A model generated the notes under the pieces. The model ran no database searches. It saw only the letters and a list, made by a program, of their open reading frames with translations, and was not told the origin of the DNA. Below, one piece after another: positions 48,465 to 58,420 of a stretch of 64,000 bases of DNA. The DNA comes from Myxococcota bacterium (GTDB lineage: Bacteria > Myxococcota_A > UBA796 > GCA-2862545): the NCBI GenBank assembly GCA_039208735.1, contig JBCCQY010000011.1, positions 31,563 to 95,562 on the forward strand, read 5' to 3'. The translations under genes and the position numbers were made by a program. Position 1 is the stretch's first letter, and the number at the start of each line of letters is the position of its first letter.

Positions 48465-49436
48465 CTAGCGGTACTCCCCTGCAATATCGGTCTGAAGGTA
48501 CTGTTTGCGAGAGGTCGCGTCGTTGAAGGCGGCCAACGCATGCATGAGCTTGGGCACGGCCGCGGGAATTCGCATGGCCCCGCCATCGGTGGCCCCCGCA
48601 TCCAAGAGCGGACGTGAGTTTTCGTACATTGCCAGGTTTGTTCGGCCTCCCCATTGCGTGACCACGAGCACTTCAAGGCCGCGTTGCACGGCCCGTTCGA
48701 TGACCTTCGCAACGCCGTTCTTCGGGGTCGTTCCCGCGCCGAAGGCCGCCATCACGACCCCGCGCAGGGAATCGTCCTGTAGGCGATGCTCAAGTCGTTG
48801 TGGCGAGAGCTGGGGCAAGACGTAGATCAAGTCTACCGAAGGGTCGAAAACGGGGTTGCAACGAAAGGGCCCCATCACCCAATGAATGTGGGCGCCTAAG
48901 GCGATGTCCGTGCCCAACGTGGCCAACGGAGGAACCCCGGGACTTGCAAATGCCCGGTAGCTCCTTGCATCTCCCTTGACCGCGCGGCACCCTCGAAACA
49001 ACAGGCCATCGAAGCAAATCGCGACTTCGGGGATGGGCTCGGTCGCCACGGCCACCGCATCGGCGAGGTTGCGTCGCGCATCGGAGCGCAAGGCGTTGAG
49101 GGGACGTTGGGCCCCGGTGAGCACGACCGGCCGATCCAGGCCGCGCAGCGTCATAGCAAGGGCCGACGCCGTATAGGCCATGGTGTCCGTCCCATGGACG
49201 ATGACAAAGCCATCCCAGTCTCGACGTTCGGCTGCGATGATGCGCGCCAACGCTTGCCACTGGGGATGCCCGATATCGGACGAATCCAGGTTGCATACGA
49301 TGCGCACGTCGACGATCGCAAGCCGCGCGAGTTCGGGTACGTGATCGAGCAGCTGGGCACCAAACGCTCCGGGCTGGAGAGGTGAGCCCTCCATGCCCAG
49401 GGTTCCTCCCGTATGCAGTAGCAAGACTCGTTTCAC
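48465..49436 (-). CDS. ansA: Type I (cytoplasmic) L-asparaginase
   Basis: HTGGT, DSSD, HGTDTMAY and VVLTGAQRP. No signal peptide. Confidence 0.9.
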   Translation of the reverse strand: MKRVLLLHTGGTLGMEGSPLQPGAFGAQLLDHVPELARLAIVDVRIVCNLDSSDIGHPQWQALARIIAAERRDWDGFVIVHGTDTMAYTASALAMTLRGLDRPVVLTGAQRPLNALRSDARRNLADAVAVATEPIPEVAICFDGLLFRGCRAVKGDARSYRAFASPGVPPLATLGTDIALGAHIHWVMGPFRCNPVFDPSVDLIYVLPQLSPQRLEHRLQDDSLRGVVMAAFGAGTTPKNGVAKVIERAVQRGLEVLVVTQWGGRTNLAMYENSRPLLDAGATDGGAMRIPAAVPKLMHALAAFNDATSRKQYLQTDIAGEYR

Positions 49437-49514
49437 GGGCTCCTCATTTCGGTGGCCGGCGCATCATTGCACACAGGCAGGGCACAGCGACGCCGCCTCG
49501 GGTAGACTCCCGCC

Positions 49515-50177
49515 ATGTACGGTGTGATTGAGGGCGAGCCGTTCCAGGTGTTCGCACGACGAGACAGCAACGGGCCAGGGCTCGTCATCCGCTTCGAGTG
49601 CAAAGAAGGCATGGGGATCCTTGGGATCCGCAAGATGGGTCGCAAGGACCCAACGCCTTCTGCGGTCTACGAAGAGGAAGATATCGAGCCGTCGGCCCTA
49701 AGGGCGGGACGGTTTGTCCACGTCTTGGGCACGGGCCAGCGTCAGAGCTACGCGCTGTCCAGGATCTCGCCCGATATCGTGGCGAAGCTCCCGGCCGATT
49801 CATGGACCGAGTTGAAGCCGCAAACCGAGTACGGGTTTCGCTACTTGGTGGTGCCCGAGGACGGCATTGTCGAGGCCATCGTTCCCGAGCCGGTGGTGCC
49901 CAAGGCACGCGACGATGAGAAAACGGCCCCAACCTCGAGCGGTCCACCGGCTACGGCGCGGCCCTCAGGAACGGTTCAGGTGCCGATGAATCCTTCGCTT
50001 GCCCAAGCGGCGCTCGACCAGCTCTCCAAGGAGCAGGCCCTCGAATACCTGAGAGCCGAGATGGCGAAGGTCGAAGATCTCAGCCGCAAAGTGGCGGAAC
50101 TCGAAGCGTCCCTTCGCCGTAGCGCGGGTCGTGAGCAGGATCTCCTCGAGGTGCTGGCCCGCTGGCGCCGGGGCTGA
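49515..50177 (+). CDS. Hypothetical protein with C-terminal coiled coil
   Basis: 220 aa: globular N-terminal domain, Pro-rich linker and a heptad-like C-terminus. Confidence 0.65.
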   Translation: MYGVIEGEPFQVFARRDSNGPGLVIRFECKEGMGILGIRKMGRKDPTPSAVYEEEDIEPSALRAGRFVHVLGTGQRQSYALSRISPDIVAKLPADSWTELKPQTEYGFRYLVVPEDGIVEAIVPEPVVPKARDDEKTAPTSSGPPATARPSGTVQVPMNPSLAQAALDQLSKEQALEYLRAEMAKVEDLSRKVAELEASLRRSAGREQDLLEVLARWRRG

Positions 50178-50186
50178 ACGAAGCGG

Positions 50187-50861
50187 TCAGACCACCAGGC
50201 TGATCAGCGTGAGCAAAAGGCCAAACATGCCGAGCTGAAAGCCGCCGCCCAACGCCAGGGCGACGTCGGTGCGCTTGGAGAACGACGCGAACATCATGCC
50301 CAGCATGCCCATTTCGACGATGTTGATCGCGAACAAGCTTGTGAACTGCAAAAACGACATGTCGGCGAACGGGACCAAGTAGGCGCTGACGTTGTGGATC
50401 AAGGCCCATACGCCAAGGCCGCCAACCATCGCTGCGAGCACCGGATCCCGCGATGACGACGACAGATCGATGCGGGGACGTTCGACCAGAACGCCGATGA
50501 TCGCCACGAACGACGCGATCGCGAACGATGGCAGGTCGAACCAGAACGTGTTGATGAGGCCCGGGTTGACCCCCGTGATCGCGGCCAACGAAGGGAGCAG
50601 GACGTAGCAAAGCCCAAAGGTAAGAGCGAGCCACGAGGCCATGGCCCCGCCAAGCGCCCGGGACGGTAGCTCCCGTTCCCCCGCCGTGAGCTGCCGCAGA
50701 CGCTCCCGCGAACCGGCCAGGGGGGCTTCCTTCGTACGGGTAGCTTCAAGGCGTCGTCTGGCCCGAGCTTGCTCGGCTTGATTGCGTTCCTGGTCCAACC
50801 GAGAGGTCGTGCTGACGCGATCAAGTCGAGTGGCCATGAGGGGCTCCGTGGCGAGGGACAC
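50187..50861 (-). CDS. Polytopic membrane protein
   Basis: About five hydrophobic helices after a charged N-terminus. Confidence 0.7.
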   Translation of the reverse strand: MSLATEPLMATRLDRVSTTSRLDQERNQAEQARARRRLEATRTKEAPLAGSRERLRQLTAGERELPSRALGGAMASWLALTFGLCYVLLPSLAAITGVNPGLINTFWFDLPSFAIASFVAIIGVLVERPRIDLSSSSRDPVLAAMVGGLGVWALIHNVSAYLVPFADMSFLQFTSLFAINIVEMGMLGMMFASFSKRTDVALALGGGFQLGMFGLLLTLISLVV

Positions 50862-50975
50862 TGGTCCTACTTCTTCTTCATACGACCACAGCCCCGCGAT
50901 CGGGTGTATCGGGATGTCACCAACATGTTCATCGCGACAGTGCTAAGTGGCAGCGCCGTGTAGGTGGAGCTTCGA

Positions 50976-51905
50976 ATGCAACGACCAGCGTCCACAATCG
51001 ATGCTCCGAGCCCCCCGCCAAATTTGGTGATGTTCGGACTCGCGGCGCTGTTCTTGGTGTGCGCCACGATCGGCAGCCTAGTCACGCTCTACCTTGGCTG
51101 GCGGCAGGTCGAAGACGCGATGGCGGGCTGGCTCGTTCTTGGGATGTTCTTCGGCATCCCCTTCGTCGGATTCTTGGGCGCCGCGGCGGTCGATGCGGAT
51201 CGTCGATGGGGGCGCCCAATGCGCATGGCTTGGTGGTTGGTGGCCTGGGGACTCACCATGATCGTCCATTGGGGACCCGTCGCGGTGTGGCCGTTAGTGC
51301 TGGTTCTCGCTGCGTTCGTGGAACCTCATCGCTTCGAGCAGCACGCGATCGACGCCCTTTGGTCGACCGGGGCGCTGGGCGGCGTAGGGCTCGGCCTGGG
51401 TGCGGTGTACCTCGGTCGTCGGCGCCTGGCCGAGCCCCTCGACCAACTCCTGCCACTATCGGAGCGCCCGAAGACAGCCATCGTGCCGAGTTTGTGGTCC
51501 GGTGTCGCCATTGCGTGTGGCTCGGCCATGTTCTCGATGGTCTGGCTCGTCTTCATGGCCGAGGAAGGATGGCGCGATGGAGGAATGGCCTGGCTTCTGA
51601 CCTGGGTCTTCGGTGCGTTGGCGATGGCCGTGACCTACGGGAGCTGGCTGTCCACCTGCGGCGCAAAGCGCAATCCGGCCCTTCGCGCGGTGGGCAGCGC
51701 GTTGGTCGGCCAGGCCTTGGTGCCCTTCTTCTTCGCTCTTGCCTCGACGCTGTCTCGCGACCCCGAGCTGCAGTACGCCTATCTGGTCGCGACGGTGGGG
51801 TTGGCGACGGTGGGCGCATTCGTATGGGGATTCGCTCGTCCCATGGAAGCCACCGAAGCCGCAGGGGCGAACCCGGTCACCAACGCTTCTGAATCCGTTG
51901 GATGA
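50976..51905 (+). CDS. Polytopic membrane protein
   Basis: About eight to nine hydrophobic segments. Confidence 0.65.
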   Translation: MQRPASTIDAPSPPPNLVMFGLAALFLVCATIGSLVTLYLGWRQVEDAMAGWLVLGMFFGIPFVGFLGAAAVDADRRWGRPMRMAWWLVAWGLTMIVHWGPVAVWPLVLVLAAFVEPHRFEQHAIDALWSTGALGGVGLGLGAVYLGRRRLAEPLDQLLPLSERPKTAIVPSLWSGVAIACGSAMFSMVWLVFMAEEGWRDGGMAWLLTWVFGALAMAVTYGSWLSTCGAKRNPALRAVGSALVGQALVPFFFALASTLSRDPELQYAYLVATVGLATVGAFVWGFARPMEATEAAGANPVTNASESVG

Positions 51906-52902
51906 AGGTGTAGGGGTAGCCGAGGTCGAATTCAGAGGCTTCATCGAGGCGGGTCATCCACTCGTCCGGGATCTCAAGCGCGGCGGCACCAAGGTTGTCG
52001 TCGAGCTGTTCCACGGACCGTGCCCCAAAGATCACGGACGTGACGGCAGGCTTGGCGAGTAGCCAGGCCAAGGAGACCTGGGCTGGCGTAGCCCCGAGTG
52101 CCGCCGCACAAGCATCCACGGCCTCTAGGATGCGCCAGTTGCGTGGCTGATCGAAGGTCTTGAGCCGCTCTTCCCATTTGGCGAGTCGGGAGCCTTCAGG
52201 GGGCGGCTGGCTTCTACGGTATTTTCCAGTGAGAAAGCCCGAGGCGAGGGGCGACCACGGAATGATGCCCAGACCGTAGCGTTCGCAGAGCGGCACATGT
52301 TCTCGTTCAAGCTCTCGAATCACCAACGAGTACTGCATTTGCAGCGCGACGAATCGTTCAAGCGACTGGCTCCGGCTCGTCCAGAGGCTGTCGACGAGGC
52401 GGTAAGCGGCATAGTTGCTAGCTCCCAGGTAAAGTACCTTGCCGGCCCGAACCAGATCGTCGAGTGCTCGTAGGGTCTCCTCTTCCGGCGTCTCGATGTC
52501 CTGCATGTGGATCTGGTATAGGTCGATGCGGTCGGTCTGGAGCCGCTTCAGGCTGTCGTCGACCGCCTGCACGATGCGACGGCGGCTTGCTCCCGTTCCC
52601 AACGGGCCGCTGCCCATCCGAAAGCGAAACTTGGTGGCGAGGACGACTTCGTCTCGGCGCCCGGTTCGGGTAAACCACTTGCCGATGATGCGTTCAGACA
52701 AGCCGTCCTGACCGTACACATCGGCGGTGTCCCAGAAGTTGACGCCGGCGTCGAGGGCGCGGTCCATAATGGCGAACGCGGTCTCCTCGTCACTGCCCAC
52801 TTGGTGCATGAAGGAGCCTTCATTGGCCTCGCCGAAGGTCATGGTACCCAGGCAGAGGGTCGAGACCTTGAGGCCGCTGTGGCCGAGGTTGCGATAGTGC
52901 AT
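51877..52902 (-). CDS. Aldo/keto reductase
   Basis: LCLGTMTFG, DTADVYG, LATK, IDLYQIH and WSPLASGFLTGKY. Confidence 0.95.
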   Translation of the reverse strand: MHYRNLGHSGLKVSTLCLGTMTFGEANEGSFMHQVGSDEETAFAIMDRALDAGVNFWDTADVYGQDGLSERIIGKWFTRTGRRDEVVLATKFRFRMGSGPLGTGASRRRIVQAVDDSLKRLQTDRIDLYQIHMQDIETPEEETLRALDDLVRAGKVLYLGASNYAAYRLVDSLWTSRSQSLERFVALQMQYSLVIRELEREHVPLCERYGLGIIPWSPLASGFLTGKYRRSQPPPEGSRLAKWEERLKTFDQPRNWRILEAVDACAAALGATPAQVSLAWLLAKPAVTSVIFGARSVEQLDDNLGAAALEIPDEWMTRLDEASEFDLGYPYTFIQRIQKRW

Positions 52903-52948
52903 CGAATCGCCTCCAGTCGGCCAGCCTACTGGCTACGCGGTCGAGGCT

Positions 52949-55501
52949 CTATTCGACGTAGCCGAGTTCCTTCAACATCTCGCGATTTTCGCCCATCTCC
53001 TGCGCTTCGCCTTCCAGCGCCCGGATCCGGTCGATCTCGCTTGGGGGCGGGGCGATGACCGTGCTGGCTTCGACCACCATCGAGTCCTGTTTGGTCCGCC
53101 AGATGGCTCGGTCTCGAGACATGATGACGGTCAACGGCTGGCCTTCGCGCTCGAGAATCACTTCACTGGGTCGAATCTCGAGGTCGAACACCACCGCGAT
53201 TTGCCCCCGTACGATGGCCTTTGACGACGGAGTGAAGGTCAGCGTCTTCTTGTCGTCGGACAGCGCCACTGTGCCGACGTCCGCCTTCGTCCGACGCGGG
53301 GATTGTCCCCATACCTGGTTCGCGGGATTGCGGATCTCGGCTTCGGGATTCACGATCAAGGCAGCCAGCGCAGGCTTGGGCAGCTTCAAGACGAACGGGG
53401 AGCGGTCTTTGGAGGCGGTCAGCGCCACGTTGATGCGCCACCCTCGGGCGAGCTTGGCGTTGTGGGCTTCGCTTGCGGCCTTGCGCCATGGCTCGAGACC
53501 GGTCTTACGAGCCAGATCGACCTGTTCACCGGGATCCGTTGCGAGATCGTAGAGTTCCTCCCGTCCGGATGCCGTTTCAAAGATGTACTTGTGGCCCTTG
53601 TGCACCACACCCCATTGTTCGAGTCCGTACCGTAGGTGAGCGATGCCGATCGGACGTTCGGGCCAGGGTTTGGGCTCGGCTGGTGGCAGGAGGAGGGACT
53701 TAAGGTTCCGCCCGTCGACGGCCGGCCACTTGGCTTCCTCGAGCCCCAAGAACGCGTACAGCGTAGGCCCGATGTCCATGAGCGTGGCCGGCGTCTCGAT
53801 CCGCATCGTGTTCGCTTGGCCTGCGTTCGACCGGAACATCAACAGGCCCCGCGTCACGTCGTCATACAACGTGTGGTTGTGCTCGAAGCCGCCGTGCTCG
53901 AAGAACTCTTCGCCATGGTCGTTGTGCATGACGGTCAATGTGGGCTCACCCAGTCGGTCGATCTGGTCGAAGAGACGGCCCAAGTGGTCGTCGGTGAACC
54001 GCATTTCGGCGTCGTACAAACCGATGATGTGAGCCTTGCGCTGTTCGCTTAGATCGCCACGTTTCAGCCACTGATTGACCGTCCAGCGGTTGAAACTGTT
54101 GGGCAAGGTCGGGTCGGGATCGGTGACGAATTGCCGTTCGTAGCGACTCGGTGCTCGGTACATCAGGTGGGGGTCCATGATGTGCAGGAACAGGAACAAA
54201 TCCCGGTCGGGGTAGCGAGCGAGGAACTCGAGGGCTCGATCCACTTGCACGTCGACCTGGGCTTCCGGATCGAACTGCCATTCGTCGAACCCCTTGTGAA
54301 ACCCAAAGCGGGGCTGCAGGTGGATGTTGGCCACGATGCCCGCGGTGGCGAATCCCTGGGCCGAGAACACTTCGGCGATGTTGGTCGCGCCTACGGCGTT
54401 CAGCGGGTCGCGGCCCGTGGTCGAGGAGCGGAAGGACGGACGGGTCCGCGGAGCCGGGGTCCAGGCATTCACGAACACCGAGGAGCCCGCCAGCACCTTG
54501 TCGAGCTTGGGTGTGGTGGGCTTGTCGTAGCCATAGAAGCCAAAATGGTCGGGTCGTGTGGTGTCCAATCCGATGAGGATGACCCGTCTGACCGGGGCCA
54601 CGTTGTCGCCCCAGACGGTCGGGGAGCCGACGAACACATGGTCGAAGTCCCGCGTGCCATACCCTTCACTTTCCAGCCGCAATCGGACCTTTCGGCCGGC
54701 ATAGGTCGAAAGATCAACCTGCCAGCGTTCGAAGGGGGCGCCCGGCGTCACAAATCGACGGTCCAGAGGCTTCGATGACCCGTTCTCGATGACCGACAGC
54801 GCGACATACGCACCGTCAGACCTTAGGTTTGCGAGTTCGAGGGGCGCGATTGCGGTCCACCCCTCGAACCGCCCGCCCGCGGGCACCACGATGTCCCACT
54901 CCGCGATGCCGGGAGCGGGAAGAACCAGACCTTGCCGCGTTTGGCGAAACAGGGTCACGTCGGTCCGCACAAAGGCGAAGGGGTCTTGGCCGGGGTCGCT
55001 GCCAAAGTCGCGGGCGAGCAAGCGCTCTCGAACCGACTCGTAGCTGACCGTGACCTTGGGTTTGGGTTGATCTTGGGGCCATGACAAGAGCAGGCGGCCT
55101 TTGCGGACCGCGTAGCTCTGCCCGGCCAGGTTGGGGGCGTACCGCACGGGTTTGTCGTTGGCGAAGACCTCGAACCCCCGGGGGGCTCCGAGAGGACTGA
55201 AGCGCTTCACATCGATCGGTGAAGGGGCCTGCCAGTGCCGATGCGTCCCGGTGCTGCCTCGTGCTTCGGACAGTTCAAGGGGGAACGTGCTGACGGGGGA
55301 GTAGCCCTCGGGAAGCGTGGTCTTTGGCAGTTCGTACCGACCTCGGATCGTCCACAGCTGGAACGTGGGCGATGCACCCGTCGTCCGGAGTCCGGGGTCG
55401 GTGAAGGTCTCGGTGGGTTTCCCGGCGGGTCCTTCGAAGGGGGTGCTCGGCGAGCAACCCAGCTGGACACCGAGCCAAAGCGAGGTCAGCACGATCGGCA
55501 T
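52949..55501 (-). CDS. Exported sulfatase-like hydrolase (alkaline phosphatase superfamily) with N-terminal beta-sandwich
   Basis: LDTTRPDH, TPAPRTRPS (Thr at the nucleophile position), DPH, DHGEEFFEHG and EELYDLATDPGE. Lipobox-like QLGC. ATG at 55501. Confidence 0.85.
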   Translation of the reverse strand: MPIVLTSLWLGVQLGCSPSTPFEGPAGKPTETFTDPGLRTTGASPTFQLWTIRGRYELPKTTLPEGYSPVSTFPLELSEARGSTGTHRHWQAPSPIDVKRFSPLGAPRGFEVFANDKPVRYAPNLAGQSYAVRKGRLLLSWPQDQPKPKVTVSYESVRERLLARDFGSDPGQDPFAFVRTDVTLFRQTRQGLVLPAPGIAEWDIVVPAGGRFEGWTAIAPLELANLRSDGAYVALSVIENGSSKPLDRRFVTPGAPFERWQVDLSTYAGRKVRLRLESEGYGTRDFDHVFVGSPTVWGDNVAPVRRVILIGLDTTRPDHFGFYGYDKPTTPKLDKVLAGSSVFVNAWTPAPRTRPSFRSSTTGRDPLNAVGATNIAEVFSAQGFATAGIVANIHLQPRFGFHKGFDEWQFDPEAQVDVQVDRALEFLARYPDRDLFLFLHIMDPHLMYRAPSRYERQFVTDPDPTLPNSFNRWTVNQWLKRGDLSEQRKAHIIGLYDAEMRFTDDHLGRLFDQIDRLGEPTLTVMHNDHGEEFFEHGGFEHNHTLYDDVTRGLLMFRSNAGQANTMRIETPATLMDIGPTLYAFLGLEEAKWPAVDGRNLKSLLLPPAEPKPWPERPIGIAHLRYGLEQWGVVHKGHKYIFETASGREELYDLATDPGEQVDLARKTGLEPWRKAASEAHNAKLARGWRINVALTASKDRSPFVLKLPKPALAALIVNPEAEIRNPANQVWGQSPRRTKADVGTVALSDDKKTLTFTPSSKAIVRGQIAVVFDLEIRPSEVILEREGQPLTVIMSRDRAIWRTKQDSMVVEASTVIAPPPSEIDRIRALEGEAQEMGENREMLKELGYVE

Positions 55502-55530
55502 ATAATTCGTCCTCTCCAACAGGAGGCTGG

Positions 55531-56061
55531 ATGACCGTAGCAGTCCAGGACTACGACCACGTTCCCTACACCTTCGCCACATGGGTGTTCTCCCTTCACG
55601 TGGCCGGCGTCCGGGCTTCCGACGCCATCGTAGCCGAGCAGTGCCAACGGGTGCTCGAAGCAACGGAGGCCGGCGAGGGCAACGCGGCCGGCGAGGTCCT
55701 CGTGGCGAGGGTTCGCGAGCTGCTTGCAGGCGAAGATGCAGAAGCGCTCGGCCAAGCGGCCATGGCGTTGTACGGCGACCGGGTCCAGCGTGACCTAGGA
55801 GCTGGCGATCGCATGGTTCGAACGGCTCGAATTCGCAAGTATCAGTTCTCTTCACAGCTCCCTTGGTTGGCCCGCATCTGGGAACGCCAAGGCCAGACCG
55901 TCGAGCCCAGCTGGTTGCTCGTCGAGCGCGTGACCGATGAGGTCACCGCCGCCGACCCGAATCCCTGGAATGAGATCGACGAAGAGCGACGTTTGCCCGT
56001 AGCGGACTTCCATGTCTTGTGGGAGCTCGACGACTGCGCCAATCTCTACGTGTCGCGGTAG
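55531..56061 (+). CDS. Hypothetical protein, possible inactive C39 peptidase-like fold
   Basis: AGGAGG RBS. The pattern LPWL...SWLLV...VTAADP...FHVLW resembles a C39 C-terminal half without the catalytic His/Cys. Confidence 0.55.
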   Translation: MTVAVQDYDHVPYTFATWVFSLHVAGVRASDAIVAEQCQRVLEATEAGEGNAAGEVLVARVRELLAGEDAEALGQAAMALYGDRVQRDLGAGDRMVRTARIRKYQFSSQLPWLARIWERQGQTVEPSWLLVERVTDEVTAADPNPWNEIDEERRLPVADFHVLWELDDCANLYVSR

Positions 56062-56071
56062 GACCAAGGAC

Positions 56072-56947
56072 GTGGCGCTGCGGTTCACCACCGGCGGCGC
56101 CGTAGGGGCGCCAACGACGTTGCAGATCCGCGTGGGACCCGGAGCGCCGGGCCGGATTCGGGTCGGCGTGTCCGCCCCGTCTCGGGCCCTTTCAGAGGCT
56201 GAAGTCCTCTCGAATGCGGCCCATTTTCGGAATCCCGGACCCCGCAGTGCGCCTGTCGAACGGGTCGTGCTGTCCGGGGTGCCAGACGATTGGCTTGCCC
56301 AGCGCCTACTTGCCGTGATCCAGGGCCTACGGGAGCACGGTCTTAGCACCGTAGTGTTGCACCTCACGGGTGAGCAGCTCGCTGGGATCGCGGGCCTCGA
56401 TGGATGTGACCTTGTCGTGACCTCCGAAGTGCCATCGAGCCTGCCGCCGCCTGGCGAGCGGGTTGACGGCTCGGCTGTCGCCCTCACCTTGCCGCTCACC
56501 AACCGGGTTCTCGAACGGCTTGGAGAGGTCCTCGATGCGGCGGAACGGTTTGGACCAGCCCGTGTGACCTGGGTGTGGCCCTTTCCCGATGGAACGGCGG
56601 CCCGCCCGGTTGCGGCATCGAAGGCGGCCAATACCCTTGCTCAACACCTCGGCCGATGGACTGACGCCCCCTTTCCATGGGGGATCAAGGGGCTTCCCCG
56701 GTGCACGCTGAGCCCCTTGGCGAGCGTTGTGTCTTTGACGGACCGGATTTGGCGGACGCGCAACCGCTATTATGTGGATTCCGAACATCAAGGCAAGGAA
56801 GCGTTGATGTTCGAGCCTGACCTGGTCCGTCTGGTCAAATCGGACCGCTGTCGTTTCTGTGCGGTGGATAACCGCTGCGACGGGGTGGCCGACCGATGGT
56901 TGGCTGAGGGTCTGGTGACCACGCTGACGCCCCTGGAGTTCCCATGA
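56072..56947 (+). CDS. Radical SAM-like protein lacking the CxxxCxxC motif
   Basis: LSEAEV...VVLSG core remnants, IKGLPRC and a C-terminal CRFCAVDNRCDGV Cys cluster. Confidence 0.55.
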   Translation: MALRFTTGGAVGAPTTLQIRVGPGAPGRIRVGVSAPSRALSEAEVLSNAAHFRNPGPRSAPVERVVLSGVPDDWLAQRLLAVIQGLREHGLSTVVLHLTGEQLAGIAGLDGCDLVVTSEVPSSLPPPGERVDGSAVALTLPLTNRVLERLGEVLDAAERFGPARVTWVWPFPDGTAARPVAASKAANTLAQHLGRWTDAPFPWGIKGLPRCTLSPLASVVSLTDRIWRTRNRYYVDSEHQGKEALMFEPDLVRLVKSDRCRFCAVDNRCDGVADRWLAEGLVTTLTPLEFP

Positions 56948-58344
56948 AAACCCCTTCCCGCGTGCTCATCATTGACGACGACGAGCAGGCTCGAATGGGG
57001 GTTTCGAAGCTCGTAGAGTCCCAAGGCTACGATGTCACCTGCGCGCGAGATGGGCGAGAGGGACTCGACATCCTTGAAAGCGAGCAGATCGATGTCGTGC
57101 TGGTCGACATGCACATGCCTCGCATGGGGGGGCTGGAAGTCCTGCAAGAGGCAAGGAATAAGGCTCCAAACTCGGTATGCATTGTGGTCTCGGCCGATGG
57201 CCACGTGGACCTGGCCAACGAGTGCCTGGATCTCGGGGCGTTTGACTACCTTGAAAAACCCATTTCAAACTTCCATCACTTCGACCTGAAGCTCCAACGC
57301 GCCGCCGAGATGGCGCAGTTGCGATGGGAGACCGCCCTCGGGCGAGATGACCCAGCTGAATTGCGACTGATCGGCAACAGCGAAGGGATGGTGGCCGTAC
57401 GACGGCTCATCCGACAGGTGGCGGCTACCCCTGCGATCGTTCAGATCCACGGTGAGAGTGGAACGGGCAAGGAAGTGGTGGCTCGTCTCATCCATGAAAT
57501 GAGCGGGAAGCCAGGCAACTTCGTGGACGTCAACTGTGGCGCACTGCCGTCCACGCTCGAGGAAGACCACCTCTTCGGTCACGTCAAGGGCGCATTTTCC
57601 GGTGCGATCCGTGACTATGAAGGCGTGTTCGGCGGCGCTGACGAGGGCACGATCTTCCTCGATGAGATTGGCGACATGCCGAGCAGCCTCCAAGTCAAGC
57701 TGTTGCGCGCCATCCAAGACCGGACCTACCGTCCGATTGGAAGCATGAAAGCGCTGGAGGTCACGGCCCGATTCATCACGGCGACCCATCGCGACCTAGA
57801 AGCCGAGGTTCGTGCCGGTCGGTTTCGGCAAGACCTGCTGTTTCGCCTCGACGTGGTCAACATCGAGCTGCCGCCCCTACGGGCTCGCCGTGAGGACATT
57901 CGACCGCTCGCGTTGCGGTTCGTCCACGAGTTCAACCAGCGCTACCGCAAGACCATTCGCTTCATCGATCCAGACGCCATGCGGTTGCTCGAGGATGCGC
58001 CGTGGCCAGGCAACGTGCGGCAACTGCGCAACGAGATCGAGCGAGCCATCGCCATCGGTGACGGTGACACGCTCACGCCGGATCAGCTCTTCGAGCGGTC
58101 GCGTCCGGGCGATCCCCCGCCTGCGGTCGGCCCCGCCATCGATCCTGCGATCCTCGGAATGTCATGGACGTCCGCCAAAGATGAGGTCATCGCCCGATTT
58201 GCCAAGGTCTACCTCACTCACCACCTCGAACGGACCGGATGGGTGATTGCTCGGGCGGCGGAAAGCGCACGAATGGCCAGGCCAAACTTCAGCAAGCTCA
58301 TGAAGAAGTACGGCGTGACGGTTCCCGACCCCGACGAAAAGTAG
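56944..58344 (+). CDS. Sigma54-dependent response regulator (NtrC family)
   Basis: Receiver domain (IIDDD, DMHMP, KP), GESGTGKE, GAFSGA, FLDEIG, FRQDLLFRL, WPGNVRQL and a C-terminal HTH. Confidence 0.95.
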   Translation: MKTPSRVLIIDDDEQARMGVSKLVESQGYDVTCARDGREGLDILESEQIDVVLVDMHMPRMGGLEVLQEARNKAPNSVCIVVSADGHVDLANECLDLGAFDYLEKPISNFHHFDLKLQRAAEMAQLRWETALGRDDPAELRLIGNSEGMVAVRRLIRQVAATPAIVQIHGESGTGKEVVARLIHEMSGKPGNFVDVNCGALPSTLEEDHLFGHVKGAFSGAIRDYEGVFGGADEGTIFLDEIGDMPSSLQVKLLRAIQDRTYRPIGSMKALEVTARFITATHRDLEAEVRAGRFRQDLLFRLDVVNIELPPLRARREDIRPLALRFVHEFNQRYRKTIRFIDPDAMRLLEDAPWPGNVRQLRNEIERAIAIGDGDTLTPDQLFERSRPGDPPPAVGPAIDPAILGMSWTSAKDEVIARFAKVYLTHHLERTGWVIARAAESARMARPNFSKLMKKYGVTVPDPDEK

Positions 58345-58420
58345 GTCTTTCGCTGATAGTCAGCCGTAAGAAAATGAACGGCGTTAAAAGGGTGGTCTCT
58401 TTCATCGGGAGTCGACCGCC

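Noticed and set aside
55502..55855. 5' extension of the 968-aa sulfatase ORF
   Set aside because: It is low-complexity Arg/Pro text overlapping the + strand gene at 55531. The signal peptide starts at ATG 55501.
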